Positions 27,211 to 32,605 of a stretch of 32,605 nucleotides of DNA are shown one piece after another. Position 1 is the first letter of the stretch; each line of letters begins with the position of its first letter. The stretch is taken from IMG/VR virus record IMGVR_UViG_3300037470_000607, positions 1-32,605 of that record, one strand, 5' to 3'. This DNA comes from a virus. Taxonomy: Duplodnaviria; Caudoviricetes. The notes below the pieces were generated by a model. It saw only the letters and a list, made by a program, of their open reading frames with translations. It searched no databases and was not told the origin of the DNA. A program made the position numbers and the translations under genes.

Positions 27211-27691
27211 ATGCCACCTCAAAATGTTGTAGCGCGTGCTGCACGTCACCTGCGCCGAGCGCGGTGTTGTAATACGTCTTCCAATACTGTGCTAATCCGT
27301 GCGTGTCGCCCGCTGCTGGCAACGCTTCCCGCACGCGGCGGTAGTGCACGCGGCACATCGCTGCGCCGTAAAACAGATTGCCGATAAGCTCGCGTGCGCC
27401 ACATGTAACCAGCGAACGCGTAGCGAAATCGGTGACCTTCTCGCGCAAGTCAGAATGAAACGCTAGGTAGTTGTTAAAGATGTCGTCATGCGTTGCAGGT
27501 TCCATCTGCCACAACCCCAGCGCGGGACCGTTGCCAAGCTGCTTGATGTAACCGGCAAGCGATTCAGTAAGCGCGGTTCCGAGTACGAGCTGCTCCGCCG
27601 CAACCGAATGCAGCCCGAGATAGGTCAGCACGGGCCGAATCACTTCGACCCGTAGTTGATCAATGTCTATGCCGTAAGCAGCTCGCGTCAC
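27188..27691 (-). CDS. Putative endolysin, lysozyme/transglycosylase-like fold
   Basis: Catalytic-type TES, GPALGLWQMEP.T, then N..Y.AAMCR.HY and A.YWK.YYNT..G. No signal peptide; next to a holin-like gene. Confidence 0.75.
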   Translation of the reverse strand: MTRAAYGIDIDQLRVEVIRPVLTYLGLHSVAAEQLVLGTALTESLAGYIKQLGNGPALGLWQMEPATHDDIFNNYLAFHSDLREKVTDFATRSLVTCGARELIGNLFYGAAMCRVHYRRVREALPAAGDTHGLAQYWKTYYNTALGAGDVQHALQHFEVACGYARRG

Positions 27692-27692
27692 G

Positions 27693-27944
27693 TTAACCTG
27701 CCTTGGTAGCTCTGTAACGGCCGTAGATAGCCGCGATCACGCCGCCAGCGGTGACCAGCGCGTCCACTTCGCTCGAAAGCAGGTTCACGCCTATGAGCGG
27801 TTCGAGATAGCCGAACGCAAGCGCAGCGATGCCTGCATATGTTAGCTTACCTTTCGTCTTGCTAATGAACTTCTTAAACATGGCTCTTATCACCTTGCGC
27901 GCTATCACACGCTTGATCCAACGAATTACGAGTAGCTCAATCAT
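27693..27944 (-). CDS. Putative two-TM holin (83 aa; alternative start at 27881 gives 62 aa)
   Basis: Hydrophobic segments LTYAGIAALAFGYL and ALVTAGGVIAAIYG, basic C-terminus RYRATKAG, immediately upstream of the endolysin. Confidence 0.65.
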   Translation of the reverse strand: MIELLVIRWIKRVIARKVIRAMFKKFISKTKGKLTYAGIAALAFGYLEPLIGVNLLSSEVDALVTAGGVIAAIYGRYRATKAG

Positions 27945-28420
27945 TCCTGGCAATGCGGATACCCTGAGCGCCAATTCCAGCGAGCGTTTTCGCTCAGGCC
28001 ATGCTCGATCCAATACAGGTTCGCGACGTGCCACGCGCGCGCCTCGGACGCGCAGACTTCCTCTGCCGTCCAGCCGTCGCCGTCGCTAGGATTCGCGACG
28101 CCGAGGACAACATCAAGATAATGCACGGTCTCGTGGATCAGTACGGCCTGTGCGAGCGACGGGCGCGCATCGAGCGCGATGTCGTCAACCAGCGCGGTAT
28201 TAAGCACTACTACCCATTCGCCATTGTGTAGCTTGCCTACCGTCCCGTGGCTACCGCGCAGGTCGTGGAACACGATGCGCGGAACGGGCACTTCGTTACA
28301 GTCATACGCGAGCGCCTCGCATGCGTATTTCATGGCATCGTCGCGCTGCGCGGCAAACGGCGGGTCGAGTGGTGTCACGGCGGGTGCGAACATCGTGAGC
28401 ATGATTGCAAGTGCTTTCAT
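27941..28420 (-). CDS. Exported zincin-like (HExxH) metallopeptidase
   Basis: Signal-like MKALAIMLTMFAPA, AVLIHETVHYL (28121-28135), downstream SEARA glutamate, four Cys. AGGAG SD and ATGA overlap. Confidence 0.7.
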   Translation of the reverse strand: MKALAIMLTMFAPAVTPLDPPFAAQRDDAMKYACEALAYDCNEVPVPRIVFHDLRGSHGTVGKLHNGEWVVVLNTALVDDIALDARPSLAQAVLIHETVHYLDVVLGVANPSDGDGWTAEEVCASEARAWHVANLYWIEHGLSENARWNWRSGYPHCQE

Positions 28421-28713
28421 TGGTTTCTCCTGCGCGGGTAGAACCGCACGTTTAGCTGCGAGCCCGACTCCCAGCCGGCGCGGTCCACTGACTTGCGACC
28501 GTGGCTAATGTCTATCTCGAACCGTTTCAACTTACCCGCAACGATTGTGATGCCTGCGCCGATGTATTCTGACTGCGCCTCGTCTTGCCCGTTAAAGGGT
28601 CGGCCACGTGTGACGTCACTCAGGTGGCTGTAGACTACGAAAGGCTCCACCTCAGTCGTATACGCGTTAGCGCATAAAGCAAAGGTAAGCGCGAACGCGT
28701 ATAAATACCTCAT
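28417..28713 (-). CDS. Small exported beta-strand protein of unknown function
   Basis: Signal peptide MRYLYAFALTFALCANA, then about four amphipathic strands (VEPFVVYSHLS, YIGAGITI, FEIDISHG, SQLNVRFYP). ATGA overlap with the portal stop. Confidence 0.6.
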   Translation of the reverse strand: MRYLYAFALTFALCANAYTTEVEPFVVYSHLSDVTRGRPFNGQDEAQSEYIGAGITIVAGKLKRFEIDISHGRKSVDRAGWESGSQLNVRFYPRRRNQ

Positions 28714-30353
28714 AGCGTACTCGGCGCCTGCCGCGTTTCGGCGAGGTCTTTTCCTGCGCGTGCAAGACCGGGTGCAGCTTCCGCGGCCATCTGCTGTTGT
28801 TGTTGCTGTTGGCGCTCGGCACGGATGAATGCCACTTGGTCGTCGGCAATGATAAGCGTAGGGTCAACGCCCAGCGTGTCGGCGTACACGTCGATCATCT
28901 GATCGGTGTCAATCTTGTCTAGCATCGACGCTAGCTGAGGCATGGCGCTCGCAGCGTTCACTACCGTGCCAAGCAGGCGGTCGATTGATTGTAGTCCCAC
29001 CAATCGTTGCGCTTGGGCAAGCAGCGATACAAACTGCACGGTGAGCGGCACCGCTTGCAGTTCGCGCGGAGGCGGCGGGATCAGGCCCGACCGCAGCATA
29101 TATGCGAACGCAATCTCGATCAGCGGCGACAGCATTTCATCGTGCAGCGATTCAAGCACTGGCCCCAACATGAGCAGCTTTTCCTCGTGACGCTCCGCAA
29201 CCTCGCGAGCAGTCGCCGGCTGTGTGCGTTGGTCGCCGATGATCAGCAAGAACATATCGACGTAGTACGCGCGCTCGACGCGCCCCTCGATCTGCTGTCC
29301 CTTTTGCATGACCTTTTCGACGGCAAAGTCCACGTCCATCAGCTTCTTGATGCCGCCGCCTGTCGTATCGACGTACGTCACCGAGCCCGGCGTCATGTTC
29401 ACCTTTGTGTTTGCTGGTGATTGCAGCGGGGGCAGCGACATGAAGTCGAGCCCTTGCGCGCTACGCAGTTCGAGGTGCTGGAGCGACTTAGTATCGCCAA
29501 GGGCCATCATGCCGGGCGAGCTACCGTACACGTCCGACGCGCGCGTCTCCCATCGGGGTACCAGCGCCGGGAAAATCTGGAAACCGGACTCCTTCAAGTA
29601 GTCCTGGTCCTGCCCGGCGATCTCGTAGTAACACGAGGACCAAGGCATGTTCTTGTTGTCGGCCATCAGCGGATTGCGCTCGCGTCGCGGCTCGATTGCG
29701 TGTAACACTGGAACCCATGCATTCAGCGTCTTGCGGTCGTACATGTTGCGCACGTGTTGTGAGCATTGCGCGTACCCGAACTTTTGCACCAGTTGCCCGA
29801 CGCGCATATCGAACTTTCGATACACGGTGTCGACGGTGCCTTTGTCGTTCGTGTCAATCGCATACTCACCCACCGTCATCGGGTAGTGGTGCATGACCGT
29901 GTCGAAGTCGTCGAGTATGATGTCGCCGCCGGTGCCGAACACCAGCAGCTCTTGATACAGTTGGCGCGTAGTGCGATACGTGTTCGACCCGTTGAACACC
30001 TCGCGCATGCGCTTCTCGACGAGGTCGAGCCATCCCTTTACTGCGGGACGCTCGTTGAGGTCGTCGTACGGCGTGCGCAACTTGAACCACGGACGTGCGG
30101 GTGAGGATGCGCCGCTCATGAGCCCCGCAGTCGCGATGCCGACGGCACGCTGCGCGGTGTTGTTCAGAATGTGCGTGTGCTTCTTGTCGCCGCGATTCGG
30201 ATTGTGCGACGCGCTCGTGTCAAGGAATCGACCGGAGCGGGGCAACGTCCAGTGGGCCAGCTCGCGCCAATGTTCAAACCAACTCGATCTGTCGGCACTG
30301 AGCTGGCCCCATCGCTGCAACGCAGCCTGACGCTTGGTTTTGAAATCGCTCAC
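28710..30353 (-). CDS. Portal (head-tail connector) protein, BPP-1 Bbp21/T7 gp8-like
   Basis: AGLMSG..SPARPWF.L, LY.EL..FGTG, VPRW...YG.SPGM.ALGD.K.LQ, TA.EV.ER.EEKL.MLGPV.E.L..E.L.PLI, S.LAQAQR. Confidence 0.95.
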   Translation of the reverse strand: MSDFKTKRQAALQRWGQLSADRSSWFEHWRELAHWTLPRSGRFLDTSASHNPNRGDKKHTHILNNTAQRAVGIATAGLMSGASSPARPWFKLRTPYDDLNERPAVKGWLDLVEKRMREVFNGSNTYRTTRQLYQELLVFGTGGDIILDDFDTVMHHYPMTVGEYAIDTNDKGTVDTVYRKFDMRVGQLVQKFGYAQCSQHVRNMYDRKTLNAWVPVLHAIEPRRERNPLMADNKNMPWSSCYYEIAGQDQDYLKESGFQIFPALVPRWETRASDVYGSSPGMMALGDTKSLQHLELRSAQGLDFMSLPPLQSPANTKVNMTPGSVTYVDTTGGGIKKLMDVDFAVEKVMQKGQQIEGRVERAYYVDMFLLIIGDQRTQPATAREVAERHEEKLLMLGPVLESLHDEMLSPLIEIAFAYMLRSGLIPPPPRELQAVPLTVQFVSLLAQAQRLVGLQSIDRLLGTVVNAASAMPQLASMLDKIDTDQMIDVYADTLGVDPTLIIADDQVAFIRAERQQQQQQQMAAEAAPGLARAGKDLAETRQAPSTL

Positions 30354-30647
30354 TTACGCGCCGAGCGCCGCGTTACCACCGTAAGCCCCGACCGTCGCGG
30401 CCCCTGCGTCGGAGAAGCCGGGTGAGCGCCGCGCTCGGCGCCGTGCGAACATGTCGGTTGCGGATCGCTCGTTTTGCGCGGTGTTCGCACGTGTCTCTTC
30501 TGCGAGTCGGTCCGCTTGCATGAGCTGTTCCTTCTGCCCCTTACGCGCGTCGCGTGCGCCCTTCACCGCTGCACCTGCACCAACGACTGCCGAACCCGCG
30601 GAGATCGCCCCGGCGTTGGCGAGTAGGAATGGAATAGCAGGTGGCAT
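30354..30647 (-). CDS. Small Ala/Gly-rich virion protein preceding the portal
   Basis: 97 aa with a hydrophobic Gly/Ala N-terminus, basic helical middle and C-terminal LG. AGGAG SD. Position matches T7 gp6.7/7.3-type genes. Confidence 0.6.
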   Translation of the reverse strand: MPPAIPFLLANAGAISAGSAVVGAGAAVKGARDARKGQKEQLMQADRLAEETRANTAQNERSATDMFARRRARRSPGFSDAGAATVGAYGGNAALGA

Positions 30648-30710
30648 ATCGGGGCTCCTGGGGATTTGTAGGGCTTACAGCCTCAGTACGCGCACGTATC
30701 GCGCTCCGCG

Positions 30711-32381
30711 TCAACTAAACGGGTCGTGGCCGCCCATCTCATGGCCTAAACCGAGGATGGCCAAGGGGTCATGTCCCATTGCCGAATTCGACGAGTTTTG
30801 AAGCTGCGCAAGTTTCGGGGTCTCGATTCGTGCCAAGACGGTGGCCGATCCCCAGTCCGGCGAGCGACCTATCCGCTTGATTATATCCTCGCGGCCTTCG
30901 ACTCGTATCACGCCGCTCTGTGCTTTCCACAGCGGTGCAGCGAGATCGCGCGCGAGTGATTTATCCGGCGGCAACGCGAGCCCGCGATTGTTCGCAGGAT
31001 CCAAGTCTTCGCGCAGCGCCCACCAACAGTAAGACAACCAGTTCGCGAATTTCATTCCGCCTTGCGAGCGGAAACCTTCGGTCCCCACCTTCGCACCGGC
31101 GTTGATAGCGATTACCTGGAAGTTCGCGTAGCGCAAGAAGTCGTACGGCGATCCGCCGACGCCGACAACGTCGATGTGTATCGGCGCATCATCTCGACGT
31201 GCGGCGACAACGAGCCCCGCGAGTATCGGACCGTCCGGTGTTTGCGCGCCGGGATACACGAGCGGCTCGTCGTACCAGTTGTCATGCCGACGCATGATGA
31301 TTGAGTTGTCGCCGCCGCCGCGTGCAACGTCAACGCCAAGTGAGTCCATCGGCGGCTTGCGGTCACGCGGTTGCCACCGATCTTGCGCCGCACGAATCCA
31401 ATTCGTCGGAATAGTTTGCCACTCGCTATCCGCGATGCCAGCGTAGAAGTCGCCGTTTAGCATTTGAGACCTCAATGGTTCGGGAAGTGACTGGAGCTGC
31501 GCGAGGTAGTCGCTCGACTGATACTTGTTGTCGGTCACCTTGCTGCCGATGAACGTGCGCGACTGCGGCTGGATTATCTCGATGGGCTTGAACTCCTTCG
31601 CATCGAAGTCACTCACCGCTTTGCCACCGACTATCACGTGCGGGACGTTCGGCACCTCGATGTCGATTTGCTCTGTGCCGCGCCCGATTGTCATGAAGTA
31701 GCGTAGCTCCCCGTGCGCCGCAGGGGTCTTGTACTGCAAGTCGAGCCAAGGGGCGAAGTAGTCGATGACCCATCGACCCTCTGAGTCCTGCGGCGGGTTG
31801 AACGCAAACAGTTGCTCGCACACTTGTCCCGGTACGCGCGTGTTGCGCAGCCACGTGCCCAGGAATCGTATCTGCTTCAGCAGAAAGTTCGTCGCCTCGT
31901 CGTAGAACTTGAAGTCGTGCGGGTGCCCCTGGTACTTCTGCTCGTCCCCCAGATTCGGTATCGAGCCGAATGCTATCGTCTTGTCCGCGATGTTGTACTT
32001 ATGCGCCTCTGCATCGCCTTCGAACTCGGGCTTCACGATGATCTCTCGCTCAGGCATACGCAGCACGTTGACGTTGCCTCCCGCATATCCGTCGCGCGAA
32101 CCGTAGAGGTAGAGCAAGCGGGTAATGATCGGCTGAAGCTCGGTGCCGACGCGTCGCATGATGATCGAGTCGCTGTGCTGGTTGAGCGCTTTGCCTATGC
32201 CTAGCTCGCTCTTCCCGCCACCCGCCGCGCCGCCGAAGCCTGTCACCTTCGCAGTTGACAAGTACGCCATGATCTGCGGCCCGTTGTCGGGATCAGGCAG
32301 CCACATCGGGGCGCCAAGTTCGATCAGTGCGCGCAGCTCAAGCTCTTTGTTCGCGAGCCGCGAATGCTCAGTGATGAACAT
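30711..32381 (-). CDS. terL: Terminase large subunit (556 aa, start revised)
   Basis: Walker A GGAAGGGKS, Walker B FYDEA, coupling motif FNPP, nuclease LGVDVARGGGD and RSPD. GGAGG SD and TGATG overlap at 32381. Confidence 0.93.
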   Translation of the reverse strand: MFITEHSRLANKELELRALIELGAPMWLPDPDNGPQIMAYLSTAKVTGFGGAAGGGKSELGIGKALNQHSDSIIMRRVGTELQPIITRLLYLYGSRDGYAGGNVNVLRMPEREIIVKPEFEGDAEAHKYNIADKTIAFGSIPNLGDEQKYQGHPHDFKFYDEATNFLLKQIRFLGTWLRNTRVPGQVCEQLFAFNPPQDSEGRWVIDYFAPWLDLQYKTPAAHGELRYFMTIGRGTEQIDIEVPNVPHVIVGGKAVSDFDAKEFKPIEIIQPQSRTFIGSKVTDNKYQSSDYLAQLQSLPEPLRSQMLNGDFYAGIADSEWQTIPTNWIRAAQDRWQPRDRKPPMDSLGVDVARGGGDNSIIMRRHDNWYDEPLVYPGAQTPDGPILAGLVVAARRDDAPIHIDVVGVGGSPYDFLRYANFQVIAINAGAKVGTEGFRSQGGMKFANWLSYCWWALREDLDPANNRGLALPPDKSLARDLAAPLWKAQSGVIRVEGREDIIKRIGRSPDWGSATVLARIETPKLAQLQNSSNSAMGHDPLAILGLGHEMGGHDPFS

Positions 32382-32605
32382 CAGCCTTCCTCCATCGTGG
32401 TCAGTGCTTGCAGCAGCAGCGACGCGAGCGCATCGACTCGTGCCTCGTTTTTGTTCGCGCGCGTCCAGCCCAGCGTGAAGTAGCACGCGTGGACCAGCTC
32501 ATGCATGAACGTATGCAGCGTCTCTTCGTCGGATGCGTTCTTGCTGGATAAGCGAATCTTGCACCTTGCGCTATCACAATCACCTAGTGCCTTCATGCGC
32601 ACACC
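32381..32605 (-). CDS. Small zincin-like HExxH protein, probably 5'-truncated
   Basis: G.C...I.L...TFMHELVHA (32489-32503)...EA.VD.LA pattern. Stop is coupled to the terminase start. Confidence 0.7.
   Translation of the reverse strand, partial: GVRMKALGDCDSARCKIRLSSKNASDEETLHTFMHELVHACYFTLGWTRANKNEARVDALASLLLQALTTMEEG

Noticed and set aside
28790-28812. Poly-Gln (CAA/CAG) run at the portal C-terminus as a variable microsatellite
   Set aside because: It uses mixed codons, and Gln-rich helical tails are usual in this portal family.
30648-30710. Possible late promoter between terL and the pre-portal gene
   Set aside because: I found no convincing -35/-10 match and did not notice the sequence repeated elsewhere. 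Only the AGGAG SD is supportable.
31970-32060. Possible intein or intron in the terminase (EREIIVKPEFEGDAEAHKYNIAD segment)
   Set aside because: It is far too short and has no splice-junction residues or endonuclease motif. It is probably a surface loop.
1-32605. Prophage boundaries, integrase, tRNA or rRNA genes
   Set aside because: The window is densely phage-coding from end to end, and no intergenic gap shows a cloverleaf, att-like repeat or host gene.

Overview
This is a 32.6-kb fragment of a GC-rich dsDNA podovirus genome with two convergent arms meeting at a hairpin near 4150. The + arm (1-4132) ends a replication/nucleotide-metabolism operon: SNF2-type helicase, a small conserved phage protein, an NDT/DUF4406-like protein, a dATP/dGTP diphosphohydrolase-like protein, a T5 A1-like metallophosphoesterase nuclease and an unannotated 30-aa zinc-ribbon ORF. 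The - arm (32605-4169) is an almost complete morphogenesis operon with BPP-1/epsilon15-like order: terminase large subunit, portal, an inserted lysis cassette, scaffold, major capsid, cement protein, tail adaptor and nozzle, GNAT, three ejection proteins and a six-gene tail-fibre complex. Four regions stand out: (1) a 2431-aa ejection protein carrying GNAT, ART-like and two zinc-binding-motif domains; (2) a four-gene lysis cassette with no canonical spanins but an exported HExxH peptidase and a small beta-strand protein; (3) a fibre complex with duplicated anchors and a module shared between two genes; (4) the A1-nuclease/nucleotide-pool module. I saw no RNA genes, CRISPR arrays, integrase or reverse transcriptase. 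Family assignments come from motif recognition and memory, not database searches.
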